NCBI RefSeq assembly: GCF_030013595.1
Contig: NZ_CP122768.1
DNA length: 64,000 nucleotides
From: Escherichia coli
GTDB lineage: Bacteria > Pseudomonadota > Gammaproteobacteria > Enterobacterales > Enterobacteriaceae
Direction: 5' to 3' (one strand)
Below the pieces are notes generated by a model, which searched no databases, was not told the origin of the DNA, and worked only from the letters and a program-made list of their open reading frames with translations. A program made the position numbers and the translations under genes. Of this stretch, positions 38,278-50,430 are shown in pieces (the first letter of the stretch is position 1; every line of letters starts with the position of its first letter).

Positions 38278-39636
38278 ATGAGTAATGTTATTGCATCGCT
38301 TGAAAAGGTACTCCTCCCTTTTGCAGTTAAAATAGGAAAGCAGCCACACGTTAATGCAATCAAAAATGGCTTTATTCGCTTAATGCCGTTAACCCTTGCG
38401 GGGGCCATGTTTGTATTAATTAACAACGTTTTTCTAAGCTTTGGGGAGGGGTCGTTTTTTTATTCCTTAGGTATTCGCCTGGATGCCTCAACCATTGAAA
38501 CACTTAATGGTCTGAAAGGTATTGGCGGCAACGTATATAACGGAACATTAGGGATAATGTCTTTAATGGCACCGTTCTTTATTGGCATGGCGCTGGCAGA
38601 AGAGCGTAAAGTCGATGCGCTGGCGGCTGGGTTGTTATCCGTTGCAGCATTTATGACCGTCACCCCATACAGTGTCGGTGAGGCCTATGCGGTTGGCGCA
38701 AACTGGTTAGGTGGGGCGAATATCATCTCCGGGATTATTATTGGCCTGGTGGTGGCAGAAATGTTTACCTTTATTGTCCGCCGCAATTGGGTCATTAAAT
38801 TGCCCGATAGCGTACCTGCTTCAGTATCGCGTTCCTTCTCGGCTTTAATTCCCGGCTTTATTATTCTTTCCGTGATGGGGATTATTGCCTGGGCGTTGAA
38901 TACCTGGGGCACCAACTTCCATCAGATCATTATGGATACCATCTCAACCCCACTGGCATCGTTGGGTAGCGTGGTGGGCTGGGCCTATGTGATCTTTGTT
39001 CCACTGCTCTGGTTCTTCGGTATTCATGGTGTGCTGGCGCTGACCGCACTGGACAACGGCATTATGACGCCTTGGGCGCTGGAAAATATCGCGACCTATC
39101 AGCAATATGGTTCCGTCGAAGCGGCGCTGGCAGCCGGTAAGACCTTCCATATCTGGGCCAAGCCGATGCTGGACTCCTTTATTTTCCTTGGGGGCAGTGG
39201 TGCGACTTTGGGTCTGATCCTGGCTATCTTTATCGCTTCTCGCCGTGCTGATTATCGTCAGGTGGCAAAACTGGCGCTGCCGTCCGGCATCTTCCAGATT
39301 AACGAACCGATTCTGTTTGGTCTGCCAATTATCATGAACCCGGTGATGTTTATTCCGTTTGTACTGGTACAACCGATTCTGGCGGCAATCACCCTCGCAG
39401 CGTACTACATGGGCATTATTCCTCCGGTGACCAATATTGCACCGTGGACCATGCCAACCGGTCTGGGAGCCTTCTTTAACACCAACGGTAGCGTCGCCGC
39501 ATTGCTGGTCGCACTCTTCAACCTTGGTATCGCAACGTTAATTTATCTGCCCTTTGTTGTGGTCGCTAACAAAGCACAAAACGCGATTGATAAAGAAGAG
39601 AGCGAAGAAGATATCGCTAACGCCCTGAAATTTTAA
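38278..39636 (+). CDS. chbC: PTS chitobiose-specific EIIC component
   Basis: 452-aa polytopic EIIC-Lac family ORF. Confidence 0.95.
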   Translation: MSNVIASLEKVLLPFAVKIGKQPHVNAIKNGFIRLMPLTLAGAMFVLINNVFLSFGEGSFFYSLGIRLDASTIETLNGLKGIGGNVYNGTLGIMSLMAPFFIGMALAEERKVDALAAGLLSVAAFMTVTPYSVGEAYAVGANWLGGANIISGIIIGLVVAEMFTFIVRRNWVIKLPDSVPASVSRSFSALIPGFIILSVMGIIAWALNTWGTNFHQIIMDTISTPLASLGSVVGWAYVIFVPLLWFFGIHGVLALTALDNGIMTPWALENIATYQQYGSVEAALAAGKTFHIWAKPMLDSFIFLGGSGATLGLILAIFIASRRADYRQVAKLALPSGIFQINEPILFGLPIIMNPVMFIPFVLVQPILAAITLAAYYMGIIPPVTNIAPWTMPTGLGAFFNTNGSVAALLVALFNLGIATLIYLPFVVVANKAQNAIDKEESEEDIANALKF

Positions 39637-39686
39637 TCGATGCCGGTACGGGTAATCGTGCCGGTAAGAAAAGAGAGGAACGATGT

Positions 39687-40037
39687 ATGATGGATCTCGA
39701 TAACATTCCCGATACGCAAACAGAAGCTGAAGAGCTGGAAGAAGTGGTGATGGGACTTATCATCAACTCCGGACAAGCGCGCAGCCTGGCGTATGCGGCA
39801 CTGAAACAGGCGAAGCAGGGCGATTTTGCCGCAGCAAAAGCGATGATGGATCAGTCACGGATGGCATTGAATGAAGCGCATCTGGTACAGACGAAACTGA
39901 TTGAAGGCGATGCGGGCGAAGGTAAGATGAAAGTGAGTCTGGTGCTGGTCCACGCTCAGGATCATTTAATGACGTCCATGCTTGCGCGTGAACTGATTAC
40001 AGAATTAATTGAGCTTCATGAAAAACTGAAGGCATAA
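39687..40037 (+). CDS. chbA: PTS chitobiose-specific EIIA component
   Basis: 116-aa helical EIIA-Lac family ORF. Confidence 0.9.
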   Translation: MMDLDNIPDTQTEAEELEEVVMGLIINSGQARSLAYAALKQAKQGDFAAAKAMMDQSRMALNEAHLVQTKLIEGDAGEGKMKVSLVLVHAQDHLMTSMLARELITELIELHEKLKA

Positions 40038-40044
40038 GGAGTCG

Positions 40045-40887
40045 ATGATGCAGCCAGTGATTAACGCGCCGGAAATTGCCACTGCCCGAGAACAGCAGTT
40101 GTTTAATGGCAAAAATTTCCATGTGTTTATCTATAACAAAACTGAGAGTATCAGCGGACTGCATCAGCACGACTATTATGAATTTACTCTGGTATTAACC
40201 GGGCGTTATTTCCAGGAGATTAACGGTAAGCGCGTGTTACTGGAACGGGGCGATTTTGTTTTTATTCCGTTAGGTTCGCACCATCAAAGTTTTTATGAGT
40301 TTGGTGCCACGCGCATATTGAACGTTGGGATCAGTAAACGCTTTTTTGAGCAGCATTACCTGCCGTTGTTGCCTTATTGCTTTGTCGCTTCACAGGTATA
40401 CCGGACCAATAACGCTTTTCTCACCTATGTGGAAACAGTGATTTCTTCATTGAATTTCCGCGAAACAGGGCTGGAAGAGTTTGTTGAGATGGTTACTTTT
40501 TATGTCATTAACCGTTTACGTCATTACCGCGAAGAACAGGTGATTGATGATGTACCGCAGTGGCTGAAAAGTACGGTAGAAAAGATGCATGATAAAGAGC
40601 AGTTTAGTGAATCGGCGCTGGAGAATATGGTGACGTTGTCAGCCAAATCACAGGAATATTTGACGCGGGCGACTCAACGATATTATGGCAAAACGCCAAT
40701 GCAGATTATTAATGAAATCCGTATTAATTTTGCCAAAAAACAACTGGAAATGACCAACTATTCAGTGACGGATATTGCGTTTGAGGCCGGTTATAGTAGC
40801 CCGAGTTTGTTTATTAAAACGTTTAAGAAATTAACGTCCTTTACGCCTAAGAGCTATCGTAAGAAATTGACTGAATTTAATCAGTAA
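40045..40887 (+). CDS. chbR: AraC-family dual regulator of the chb operon
   Basis: 280-aa ORF with N-terminal cupin-like and C-terminal AraC HTH domains. Confidence 0.9.
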   Translation: MMQPVINAPEIATAREQQLFNGKNFHVFIYNKTESISGLHQHDYYEFTLVLTGRYFQEINGKRVLLERGDFVFIPLGSHHQSFYEFGATRILNVGISKRFFEQHYLPLLPYCFVASQVYRTNNAFLTYVETVISSLNFRETGLEEFVEMVTFYVINRLRHYREEQVIDDVPQWLKSTVEKMHDKEQFSESALENMVTLSAKSQEYLTRATQRYYGKTPMQIINEIRINFAKKQLEMTNYSVTDIAFEAGYSSPSLFIKTFKKLTSFTPKSYRKKLTEFNQ

Positions 40888-40990
40888 GTCGTTATACCTG
40901 ACAATTCACATATCTGTCCTGTTGCTGGATTATTTATGTCCGGGGGGCAGATATGCCAGATATCAGTATTCTGTACTGAAGGGAGAAATT

Positions 40991-42343
40991 ATGAGCCAGA
41001 AATTAAAAGTCGTCACTATTGGTGGCGGGAGCAGCTATACCCCGGAGTTACTGGAAGGATTTATTAAGCGTTATCACGAATTGCCGGTCAGCGAATTATG
41101 GCTGGTGGATGTCGAAGGTGGCAAAGCTAAACTGGATATTATTTTCGATCTCTGCCAACGGATGATTGATAACGCTGGCGTCCCGATGAAGCTTTATAAA
41201 ACGCTGGATCGCCGCGAAGCATTGAAAGATGCTGATTTCGTTACTACCCAACTGCGCGTAGGCCAATTACCGGCGCGCGAACTGGATGAACGTATTCCAT
41301 TAAGTCATGGTTATCTTGGTCAGGAAACCAACGGCGCGGGCGGTCTGTTTAAAGGTCTGCGTACCATTCCGGTGATTTTTGACATCGTAAAAGATGTCGA
41401 AGAACTTTGTCCGAATGCATGGGTGATTAACTTCACTAACCCGGCGGGAATGGTCACTGAAGCCGTTTATCGTCATACCGGATTTAAACGCTTTATCGGC
41501 GTGTGTAATATTCCGATCGGCATGAAGATGTTTATTCGCGATGTTCTGATGCTGAAAGACAGCGATGATTTATCTATCGATCTGTTCGGCCTCAACCATA
41601 TGGTGTTCATTAAGGATTTGCTGGTAAATGGCAAATCTCGCTTTGCCGAATTACTTGATGGTGTGGCATCCGGGCAGTTAAAAGCATCTGGCGTTAAAAA
41701 TATTTTCGATCTGCCATTTAGCGAAGGCTTAATTCGTTCTCTGAATCTGTTGCCGTGTTCTTATTTGCTTTATTACTTCAAGCAAAAAGAGATGCTGGCT
41801 ATTGAAATGGGCGAATACTACAAAGGCGGCGCACGAGCACAGGTAGTACAGAAAGTCGAGAAACAACTTTTTGAGCTGTATAAAAACCCGGAGTTGAAAG
41901 TTAAGCCGAAAGAACTGGAACAGCGCGGTGGGGCTTATTACTCTGATGCAGCGTGCGAAGTGATCAACGCTATCTACAACGACAAGCAAGCTGAACATTA
42001 CGTTAATATCCCGCATCATGGGCATATTGATAATATTCCGGCAGACTGGGCGGTAGAAATGACCTGTAAACTGGGGCGCGATGGCGCGACGCCACATCCG
42101 CGCATTACGCATTTCGATGATAAAGTGATGGGGCTGATTCACACCATTAAAGGCTTCGAGATTGCTGCCAGCAACGCCGCACTTAGCGGAGAATTTAACG
42201 ATGTGTTACTGGCGCTAAACCTTAGTCCGTTGGTGCATTCCGATCGCGATGCTGAGCTGCTGGCACGCGAGATGATTCTGGCGCACGAGAAATGGCTGCC
42301 AAATTTTGCCGACTGCATCGCAGAGCTTAAAAAAGCACATTAA
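40991..42343 (+). CDS. chbF: 6-phospho-beta-glucosidase (GH4, NAD/Mn-dependent)
   Basis: ORF track 5'-extended; start MSQKLKVVTIGGGSSYTPEL at 40991 gives 450 aa. Confidence 0.95.
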   Translation: MSQKLKVVTIGGGSSYTPELLEGFIKRYHELPVSELWLVDVEGGKAKLDIIFDLCQRMIDNAGVPMKLYKTLDRREALKDADFVTTQLRVGQLPARELDERIPLSHGYLGQETNGAGGLFKGLRTIPVIFDIVKDVEELCPNAWVINFTNPAGMVTEAVYRHTGFKRFIGVCNIPIGMKMFIRDVLMLKDSDDLSIDLFGLNHMVFIKDLLVNGKSRFAELLDGVASGQLKASGVKNIFDLPFSEGLIRSLNLLPCSYLLYYFKQKEMLAIEMGEYYKGGARAQVVQKVEKQLFELYKNPELKVKPKELEQRGGAYYSDAACEVINAIYNDKQAEHYVNIPHHGHIDNIPADWAVEMTCKLGRDGATPHPRITHFDDKVMGLIHTIKGFEIAASNAALSGEFNDVLLALNLSPLVHSDRDAELLAREMILAHEKWLPNFADCIAELKKAH

Positions 42344-43114
<771 letters not shown>

Positions 43115-43124
43115 GTAAGGTGGT

Positions 43125-43152
43125 AAGGTCACTCCCCAGGGGGCGTGACCTT
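43125..43152. terminator. inverted repeat between convergent chbG and katE (candidate bidirectional terminator)
   Basis: AAGGTCAC-tccccagggggc-GTGACCTT. Confidence 0.4.
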
Positions 43153-43160
43153 ATCCATAT

Positions 43161-45422
43161 TTACGCCGGGATTTTGTCAATCTTAGGAATGCGTGACCAC
43201 ACGCGGTGTGCTGCCATCAGCGTTAACAGTTCATCCATAAAACTACCATCGGCGCTGTCAGCTTCCACAATCCCTTCTTCACCCTGGTCAGCGATCTTGA
43301 TTGTTGCTTTAAACTTGCGCGCGTCTCCTGCCAGCGCAATCGGTTTAAGGTGTTTGTAGGCTTCCATCAGGTAGTAGTTGGCATCGCCGTTGTCAGCGAT
43401 ATCCGCGATATTGCCGCAAGGGACAATAACCGCATCGACCGTCAGCGAAGGCGCTCCGGCAAAGGTAGCGGCTATAGGCAGCACCGTACCGTCATCCGCA
43501 GTCACTTCACCCATTCGGGAGTAGAGCAGTTTGGCATGAACGCCTTTGGCCTTCAGCGCCTTGAGAATGGTCAGAAGGTCTGCCGATCTCACTTCATCAT
43601 TAAGCAAAATCGCTACCACGCGACCTTTTACATCACCGTCAGGAATGGCGTACAGACTTAAGGATGGATCCTTTTTCAGACAGTTGACGTCCGGAGGCGG
43701 GGTGATATTCAGCTGGTCGTCCGTCAGCTCGATACCGAGATTTTTCGCCACCGCCTGGGCCAGAGTGAGATCAATATGCGCCAGCTGGTCAACAACGCGC
43801 TCACGAATATACGGACGAACTACTTTGCTTAACTCAAAACTGAAACCATCGACAATATGGCGCTGCTCGAATGGCGTCTGACTTAGCCAGAACAGACGCG
43901 GATGGGAATAATATTCGCCAAACGATGGGCTGCGCTCGCGAACTTTATTGCCTTCCACGCGCTCCTGGTATGATTCAAAACCGCCGCGTTTCGGCCCCGG
44001 CGGTGTTTCGCGCGGCCAGTTATCGTTGATCGAGTTCGGTTCATAATTCGCCGGGTTAGTGTCGATCCCCATACGATGCATGCCGTCACGCTGGAAATTA
44101 TGGTAAGGGCAGGTCGGGCGGTTAATCGGAATCTCATGGAAATTCGGCCCACCAAGACGACTGATTTGTGTATCGGTATAGGAGAACAAACGTCCCTGCA
44201 ACAGGGGATCGTTGGTGAAGTCCAGACCAGGAACAATATGACCTGGATGGAATGCTGCTTGTTCGTTTTCGGCAAAGAAGTTATCCGGATTGCGATTGAG
44301 CACCATTTTGCCGACACGCTGAACGGGCACCAGTTCTTCCGGGATAAGTTTAGTTGGATCAAGAAGGTCGAAGTCGAACTTAAATTCATCTTCCTCAGGA
44401 ATCAACTGGAAGCCCAGTTCGTATTCCGGAAAATCGCCTGCTTCAATCGCTTCCCACAACTCGCGGCGGTGGAAGTCCGGGTCACGTCCGGTTAGTTTTT
44501 GTGCTTCATCCCAAACGAGTGAGGCTTTACCTGCCAGTGGTTTCCAGTGGAAACGTACGAACGTTGCCTTCCCTTCGGCATTAATCAGGCGGAAGGTGTG
44601 AATACCGAAGCCTTCCATGGTGCGGTAACTGCGCGGGATCCCGCGATCCGACATCGCCCACATCACGTTGTGCAGAGTTTCAGGTTGCAGAGAAACATAA
44701 TCCCAGAAAGTATCGTGGGCGCTTTGCCCTTGTGGAATTGCCCAGTGTGGTTCTGGTTTTACCGCATGAACAAAATCAGGGAATTTATGCGCATCCTGGA
44801 TAAAGAAGATTGGCGTGTTATTGCCAACAAGGTCAAAAATACCCTCTTCGGTATAGAACTTGGTGGCAAAGCCACGGATATCACGCACGGTATCGGCAGA
44901 GCCAGCACCACCCTGAACGGTAGAGAACCTAACAAATACTGGGGTGATTTTGTTCGGATCTGAGAGGAAATCCGCTTTGGTGATATCGCTTAAGCTTTTA
45001 TATGGCTGGAAATAACCGTGAGCGGCTGATCCGCGTGCATGAACAATACGTTCCGGGATGCGCTCATGGTCAAAGTGAGTGATTTTCTCGCGCAGAATAA
45101 AATCTTCCAGCAGCGTTGGACCACGGTTACCGGCACGCAGTGAGTTTTGATCGTCGGCGATGCGTACGCCCTGATTAGTGGTCAGCGCATAATTTTCACT
45201 GCCTTTGCGTACGTCTTCCAGAGAATTAAGTTTTTCGTTACGCGTATCAGGGGCTTTCAGGCTACCTGGGGCGGTAGGTTGTGCACCTGGCGGTGTTGGT
45301 TCAGTCGCTGGACGATGAGATCCGTCCTCAGGTGCCAGTGAGTCCATCCCCGGTTTCGCTTCGCTGGAATCGTGTAGTGGTGACTGGTGCTGATGTGGGT
45401 TCTTTTCGTTATGTTGCGACAT
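43161..45422 (-). CDS. katE: catalase HPII
   Basis: 753-aa [32 protein letters not shown]; large-subunit monofunctional catalase. Confidence 0.95.
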   Translation of the reverse strand: MSQHNEKNPHQHQSPLHDSSEAKPGMDSLAPEDGSHRPATEPTPPGAQPTAPGSLKAPDTRNEKLNSLEDVRKGSENYALTTNQGVRIADDQNSLRAGNRGPTLLEDFILREKITHFDHERIPERIVHARGSAAHGYFQPYKSLSDITKADFLSDPNKITPVFVRFSTVQGGAGSADTVRDIRGFATKFYTEEGIFDLVGNNTPIFFIQDAHKFPDFVHAVKPEPHWAIPQGQSAHDTFWDYVSLQPETLHNVMWAMSDRGIPRSYRTMEGFGIHTFRLINAEGKATFVRFHWKPLAGKASLVWDEAQKLTGRDPDFHRRELWEAIEAGDFPEYELGFQLIPEEDEFKFDFDLLDPTKLIPEELVPVQRVGKMVLNRNPDNFFAENEQAAFHPGHIVPGLDFTNDPLLQGRLFSYTDTQISRLGGPNFHEIPINRPTCPYHNFQRDGMHRMGIDTNPANYEPNSINDNWPRETPPGPKRGGFESYQERVEGNKVRERSPSFGEYYSHPRLFWLSQTPFEQRHIVDGFSFELSKVVRPYIRERVVDQLAHIDLTLAQAVAKNLGIELTDDQLNITPPPDVNCLKKDPSLSLYAIPDGDVKGRVVAILLNDEVRSADLLTILKALKAKGVHAKLLYSRMGEVTADDGTVLPIAATFAGAPSLTVDAVIVPCGNIADIADNGDANYYLMEAYKHLKPIALAGDARKFKATIKIADQGEEGIVEADSADGSFMDELLTLMAAHRVWSRIPKIDKIPA

Positions 45423-45625
45423 TGAACTCGTCTCCTTAATTTATTACTGAAAGGGCCGCTGTTTTGGTCAAAAAACCCTCTAACTATAGACCATCAGCCA
45501 GATCCCGCTTCGGAGACTATTCTGGAAACGGTGTTATGAAATACACGCAAAGCGGGACGTATGGGGGCTAGATCGGCTAAACTACAGTTTTTCTGATTTT
45601 TAATATGCGTTTAGTGAAGCCAGTA

Positions 45626-45868
45626 ATGAAGAAACCGCTCCGCCAGCAAAACCGCCAGATTATTAGCTATGTCCCACGCACGGAACCCGCGCCGCCAGAA
45701 CATGCGATAAAGATGGATTCGTTTCGTGATGTCTGGATGCTACGTGGCAAATATGTTGCGTTTGTACTGATGGGAGAGTCATTTCTGCGCTCACCGGCGT
45801 TTACTGTGCCTGAATCCGCCCAGCGTTGGGCAAATCAGATCCGCCAGGAAGGGGAAGTGACTGAGTAA
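45626..45868 (+). CDS. cedA: cell division modulator CedA
   Basis: Start MKKPLRQQNRQIISYV at 45626 gives 80 aa. Confidence 0.85.
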   Translation: MKKPLRQQNRQIISYVPRTEPAPPEHAIKMDSFRDVWMLRGKYVAFVLMGESFLRSPAFTVPESAQRWANQIRQEGEVTE

Positions 45869-46028
45869 GGATTACGTACCTCCCGGTTCTGCCGGGAGTT
45901 ACATGGCCTGAAATTCTGTATTTCATTGCTACATTCATTCAAACCACCTGTAACAAAAAGCTGCCTTTGACGATCTATTGCTATAAATAAGTGAACTTTT
46001 TTCTTTAATTGTTTATTTATTTTAAAAT

Positions 46029-46037
46029 GGTTAAGTT
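46029..46037. repeat. 9-bp target-site duplication (left copy) GGTTAAGTT flanking IS10
   Basis: Identical 9-mer immediately outside both IS10 termini. Confidence 0.85.
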
Positions 46038-46083
46038 CTGATGAATCCCCTAATGATTTTGGTAAAAATCATTAAGTTAAGGT

Positions 46084-46152
46084 GGATACACATCTTGTCA
46101 TATGATCAAATGGTTTCGCGAAAAATCAATAATCAGACAACAAGATGTGCGA
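46084..46152 (-). ncRNA. IS10 RNA-OUT antisense RNA (approximate, placed from known IS10 architecture)
   Basis: Known IS10 organisation: pOUT antisense transcript covering the tnp start region; coordinates inferred, not measured. Confidence 0.4.
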
Positions 46153-47353
46153 ACTCGATATTTTACACGACTCTCTTTACCAATTCTGCCCCGAATTACA
46201 CTTAAAACGACTCAACAGCTTAACGTTGGCTTGCCACGCATTACTTGACTGTAAAACTCTCACTCTTACCGAACTTGGCCGTAACCTGCCAACCAAAGCG
46301 AGAACAAAACATAACATCAAACGAATCGACCGATTGTTAGGTAATCGTCACCTCCACAAAGAGCGACTCGCTGTATACCGTTGGCATGCTAGCTTTATCT
46401 GTTCGGGCAATACGATGCCCATTGTACTTGTTGACTGGTCTGATATTCGTGAGCAAAAACGACTTATGGTATTGCGAGCTTCAGTCGCACTACACGGTCG
46501 TTCTGTTACTCTTTATGAGAAAGCGTTCCCGCTTTCAGAGCAATGTTCAAAGAAAGCTCATGACCAATTTCTAGCCGACCTTGCGAGCATTCTACCGAGT
46601 AACACCACACCGCTCATTGTCAGTGATGCTGGCTTTAAAGTGCCATGGTATAAATCCGTTGAGAAGCTGGGTTGGTACTGGTTAAGTCGAGTAAGAGGAA
46701 AAGTACAATATGCAGACCTAGGAGCGGAAAACTGGAAACCTATCAGCAACTTACATGATATGTCATCTAGTCACTCAAAGACTTTAGGCTATAAGAGGCT
46801 GACTAAAAGCAATCCAATCTCATGCCAAATTCTATTGTATAAATCTCGCTCTAAAGGCCGAAAAAATCAGCGCTCGACACGGACTCATTGTCACCACCCG
46901 TCACCTAAAATCTACTCAGCGTCGGCAAAGGAGCCATGGGTTCTAGCAACTAACTTACCTGTTGAAATTCGAACACCCAAACAACTTGTTAATATCTATT
47001 CGAAGCGAATGCAGATTGAAGAAACCTTCCGAGACTTGAAAAGTCCTGCCTACGGACTAGGCCTACGCCATAGCCGAACGAGCAGCTCAGAGCGTTTTGA
47101 TATCATGCTGCTAATCGCCCTGATGCTTCAACTAACATGTTGGCTTGCGGGCGTTCATGCTCAGAAACAAGGTTGGGACAAGCACTTCCAGGCTAACACA
47201 GTCAGAAATCGAAACGTACTCTCAACAGTTCGCTTAGGCATGGAAGTTTTGCGGCATTCTGGCTACACAATAACAAGGGAAGACTTACTCGTGGCTGCAA
47301 CCCTACTAGCTCAAAATTTATTCACACATGGTTACGCTTTGGGGAAATTATGA
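46145..47353 (+). CDS. IS10 transposase
   Basis: Intact 402-aa ORF MCELDILHDSLYQFCPELHLKRLNSLTLACHALLDCKTLTLTELGRNLPTKARTKHNIKRIDRLLGN..., recognised as the IS10/Tn10 transposase. Confidence 0.9.
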   Translation: MCELDILHDSLYQFCPELHLKRLNSLTLACHALLDCKTLTLTELGRNLPTKARTKHNIKRIDRLLGNRHLHKERLAVYRWHASFICSGNTMPIVLVDWSDIREQKRLMVLRASVALHGRSVTLYEKAFPLSEQCSKKAHDQFLADLASILPSNTTPLIVSDAGFKVPWYKSVEKLGWYWLSRVRGKVQYADLGAENWKPISNLHDMSSSHSKTLGYKRLTKSNPISCQILLYKSRSKGRKNQRSTRTHCHHPSPKIYSASAKEPWVLATNLPVEIRTPKQLVNIYSKRMQIEETFRDLKSPAYGLGLRHSRTSSSERFDIMLLIALMLQLTCWLAGVHAQKQGWDKHFQANTVRNRNVLSTVRLGMEVLRHSGYTITREDLLVAATLLAQNLFTHGYALGKL

Positions 47354-47366
47354 GGGGATCTCTCAG

Positions 47367-47375
47367 GGTTAAGTT
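47367..47375. repeat. 9-bp target-site duplication (right copy) GGTTAAGTT
   Basis: Exact direct repeat of 46029-46037. Confidence 0.85.
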
Positions 47376-47494
47376 TTGCTAATCATGATGAGCTATTTTT
47401 GATAGTACATCCTGTGGCGTCGCTCTTAAACTTATATTGTAAATGACTTAGATTTAAATGAGATAATAATTTTGTTAACAATATGAGGCGGGAG

Positions 47495-48298
47495 ATGCTT
47501 TCTACAAACTTAATACAGAGTAATTATGGTGATTTAAATATTAAAAGCCTGGCTTTCGACTCTTTTAAAGAAAGGCTGCAGTCTACTATGACAGCACTCA
47601 CTTTCTTTATATCAACGGGTCAATGTGACTGCGATGAAATAGCAGAATCAAACTTTAATTATATGATTGCCTATATGTCTAACATTAACTATGATGCCTC
47701 AAAGCTAGGAGCGCCAGCACTTAGTTTTGATACATATCTGCAGGACAATGTTAAATATAGAGTAATAATTAATAATCTTTATGGTAGTGAAATTAGGATA
47801 AGAGGTATTAATGAGAATTTTGTTGGGATGGATTTTACCTGTGAATTCCGACCAGAAAAAATGACCAATTTGATCAATATAAAAAACAGGTTGGTTATTC
47901 ACTATTTAAGAACGATATACTATGAACAAAATTATATACATCCTGTTGGGAGCATTTTTGCTGCGATTCAAAAAAATGAGAGTCTCCTAAAGTTTCCTTC
48001 GGTAATATCAATGCTTAATGTCAATCTTCTTTTTAATCCACTGAATCTTCCGGGAATGGGAAGTGGTGTGCTTGAAGAGATTATGAGTATTTCAGATAGT
48101 TCACTTAGAAAACGTCTTGGGTATGAGGTTTTAAGCTTCTCGCTACAAGCACATTCATTGAGTCAGGAATGTATCGATAAGTTAGCCATTTTTTTCGCTG
48201 ACGATCTGTTTAAATATGAGTCAGTATGCATCGCCGCGATGGAACATTTAAAAAGTAAGGCAACGGCCCCTATACAAAACGGACCGTTGCCAGCATAA
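47495..48298 (+). CDS. ydjO: uncharacterised protein, AT-rich ORFan
   Basis: ORF 47483-48298; Met at 47495 gives 267 aa; no recognisable domain; low GC. Confidence 0.7.
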   Translation: MLSTNLIQSNYGDLNIKSLAFDSFKERLQSTMTALTFFISTGQCDCDEIAESNFNYMIAYMSNINYDASKLGAPALSFDTYLQDNVKYRVIINNLYGSEIRIRGINENFVGMDFTCEFRPEKMTNLINIKNRLVIHYLRTIYYEQNYIHPVGSIFAAIQKNESLLKFPSVISMLNVNLLFNPLNLPGMGSGVLEEIMSISDSSLRKRLGYEVLSFSLQAHSLSQECIDKLAIFFADDLFKYESVCIAAMEHLKSKATAPIQNGPLPA

Positions 48299-48301
48299 GA
48301 A

Positions 48302-49693
48302 TTAACGGTGTGCCAGTTCGGCGTCGTCTTCGCTATCCAGAATGGCTTTATCGGTTTGCTTCAGCCACTGGCTGGTCAGCGTGCCAGCGGTCATCGAGCC
48401 ACTAACGTTTAGCGCCGTACGCCCCATGTCGATAAGCGGTTCAACGGAGATTAACAGCGCCACCAGGGTAACTGGCAGGCCCATCGCAGGCAGCACAATC
48501 AGTGCGGCGAAAGTTGCACCACCACCGACACCGGCAACGCCTGCGGAACTAACGGTAACAATACCGACCAGCGTCGCAATCCACATCGGGTCCATCGGGT
48601 TAATGCCAACCGTAGGCGCAACCATCACCGCCAGCATCGCCGGATACAAACCGGCACAGCCGTTCTGACCAATGGTTGCACCGAAAGAGGCGGCGAAACT
48701 GGCGATGGATTCAGGAACACCCAGACGACGCGTTTGTGCTTCCACATTCAGTGGGATAGACGCAGCACTGGAACGGCTGGTAAAGGCAAACGTCAGTACT
48801 GGCCATACCTTACGGAAGTACTTCAGTGGGCTCACGCCATTAATACCCAGCAGAAGGCCATGCACTGCAAACATAATCAGCAGACCGAGGTAGGACGCGA
48901 CAACGAAACTTCCCAGTTTGATGATGTCTTGCAGGTTAGAACCTGCAACCACTTTGGTCATTAGTGCCAGAACGCCGTAAGGGGTCAACTGCATGACCAA
49001 GCGAACCAGTTTCATCACCCAGCTTTGCAGGGTATCGATAGCGGTTAAGACGCGTTCACCTTTCGGCGCATCATCCTTCAGCAGTTTCAGCGCAGCTACA
49101 CCGAGGAATGCGGCAAAAATTACCACGCTGATAATTGACGTCGGATTGGCTCCGGTCAGATCGGCAAACGGGTTTTTCGGGATAAAGGACAAGACCAGCT
49201 GCGGAACGCTCAGGTCAGAGACTTTACCAACATAGTTACTTTCGATGGCGTTCAGACGTGCAGTTTCTGCACCTCCCTGAACCAGACCTTCAGCCGTCAA
49301 ACCAAACAGGTTGGTGACCAGCACACCGACCAGCGCCGCAATCAGCGTGGTAAACAAAAGCGTACCGATGGTCAGAAAACTGATTTTGCCTAACTGAGAT
49401 GCGTTATGCAGACGGGCAACCGCGCTCAGAATAGAGGCGAAGACTAACGGCATAACGATCATTTGCAGCAGTTGAACATAGCCGTTACCAACGATGTTAA
49501 ACCACTGTACAGAATCTTTAAGTACCTGGCTGTCAGAACCATAAATGGTATGCAGGGCAAGGCCAAAAACCACACCCATCACCAGACCCACCAGCACTTT
49601 TTTCGCCAGACTCCACTGTTTATGGCGGGTCTGAGCCAGCGCAAACAGCAGTACAACGAACACCACTATGTTCGCAATTAATGGAAAGTTCAT
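48302..49693 (-). CDS. tcyP: L-cystine transporter, dicarboxylate/amino acid:cation symporter family
   Basis: 463-aa polytopic [20 protein letters not shown]; known as ydjN/tcyP. Confidence 0.9.
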   Translation of the reverse strand: MNFPLIANIVVFVVLLFALAQTRHKQWSLAKKVLVGLVMGVVFGLALHTIYGSDSQVLKDSVQWFNIVGNGYVQLLQMIVMPLVFASILSAVARLHNASQLGKISFLTIGTLLFTTLIAALVGVLVTNLFGLTAEGLVQGGAETARLNAIESNYVGKVSDLSVPQLVLSFIPKNPFADLTGANPTSIISVVIFAAFLGVAALKLLKDDAPKGERVLTAIDTLQSWVMKLVRLVMQLTPYGVLALMTKVVAGSNLQDIIKLGSFVVASYLGLLIMFAVHGLLLGINGVSPLKYFRKVWPVLTFAFTSRSSAASIPLNVEAQTRRLGVPESIASFAASFGATIGQNGCAGLYPAMLAVMVAPTVGINPMDPMWIATLVGIVTVSSAGVAGVGGGATFAALIVLPAMGLPVTLVALLISVEPLIDMGRTALNVSGSMTAGTLTSQWLKQTDKAILDSEDDAELAHR

Positions 49694-49825
49694 CCCCGTT
49701 CTCCTGATCTTATTATTTCTATCACTGCGTAGCAGTCATAGTGTTGGCGCAAGATTAACAGAACTGTGAGCTGGCTCTTATATTCAAATGGAATTGCTTA
49801 TTCCAGAAAGGTGATTTTTGCCTTT

Positions 49826-50416
49826 TTAGTATTCAACCTGATGCTTAATAAGCCGATGAAACTGGATCTGCAAGGTATTGATCATTTGCGATGACCAACG
49901 AACAGCGCTGTTTTCGGGTAATGAATGAGGCATCCATACCGACCAGACAAATAATGCCATGCAGATAAAACGTTCCAGTTGGTTGCCCTTTTGGGGAACC
50001 AGGATAGGCAAGCGGAAACGCCAGCGGCATGGCCAGAGCAGTGGAACACCGGCGGGTGTCAGCATATCGGCAAGTATGTGGCTTAAATAACCCAGCACCA
50101 TTCCTTGTAGCGCATCAGCCGGAATGAACCAGCCTTCCGGAACCTTAAGGTAAAAGGTTGCCAGCAGCGCAAATACCGCCAGCAGACTGTGGGTAAAACC
50201 ACGATGCCCAAAAGCGCGGGCGATCGGTTTTGATATCCACTTTAATCGCTGCCCAAGAAACGACTTTGGGTGATCGATGTCCGGTAACAAACACGTCAGG
50301 ATTGCGGAAGGGACAATATGCCACCAGTCACCCTGTGCCAGCACGGGCGTCAGCTCGGCATTTTTGGCAAATACCGCACAAGCAATAGAAAAGAGAAGGT
50401 GACCTTCCGCCGTCAT
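49826..50416 (-). CDS. ydjM: LexA-regulated inner membrane metal-dependent hydrolase family protein
   Basis: Start MTAEGHLLFSIA at 50416 gives 196 aa; LexA boxes immediately upstream. Confidence 0.85.
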   Translation of the reverse strand: MTAEGHLLFSIACAVFAKNAELTPVLAQGDWWHIVPSAILTCLLPDIDHPKSFLGQRLKWISKPIARAFGHRGFTHSLLAVFALLATFYLKVPEGWFIPADALQGMVLGYLSHILADMLTPAGVPLLWPCRWRFRLPILVPQKGNQLERFICMALFVWSVWMPHSLPENSAVRWSSQMINTLQIQFHRLIKHQVEY

Positions 50417-50430
50417 GATAAAACTCACTA

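Larger units (their letters stand above)
46038..47366 (+). mobile_element. IS10 insertion sequence (IS4 family), complete 1329-bp copy
   Basis: Outside end CTGATGAATCCCCTAATGATTTT at 46038; inside end is the reverse complement of CTGAGAGATCCCCTCATAATTTCC, ending 47366; transposase ATG 108 nt from the outside end; GATC sites at 46104-46107 (pIN -10 region) and 47357-47360 (inside end). Confidence 0.9.

Noticed and set aside
43883-44389. 168-aa and neighbouring ORFs antisense to katE
   Set aside because: Shadow ORFs within katE
45879-45898. Hairpin CCTCCCGG-ttctg-CCGGGAG downstream of cedA as an intrinsic terminator
   Set aside because: Not followed by a T-run on either strand; may be a rho-dependent or structural element, so not called
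46038-47366. Possibility that the IS10 is part of a composite Tn10
   Set aside because: Only one IS10 copy and no tetR/tetA or other cargo within the window; the flanks are native chromosome with a TSD, so this is a solo IS10
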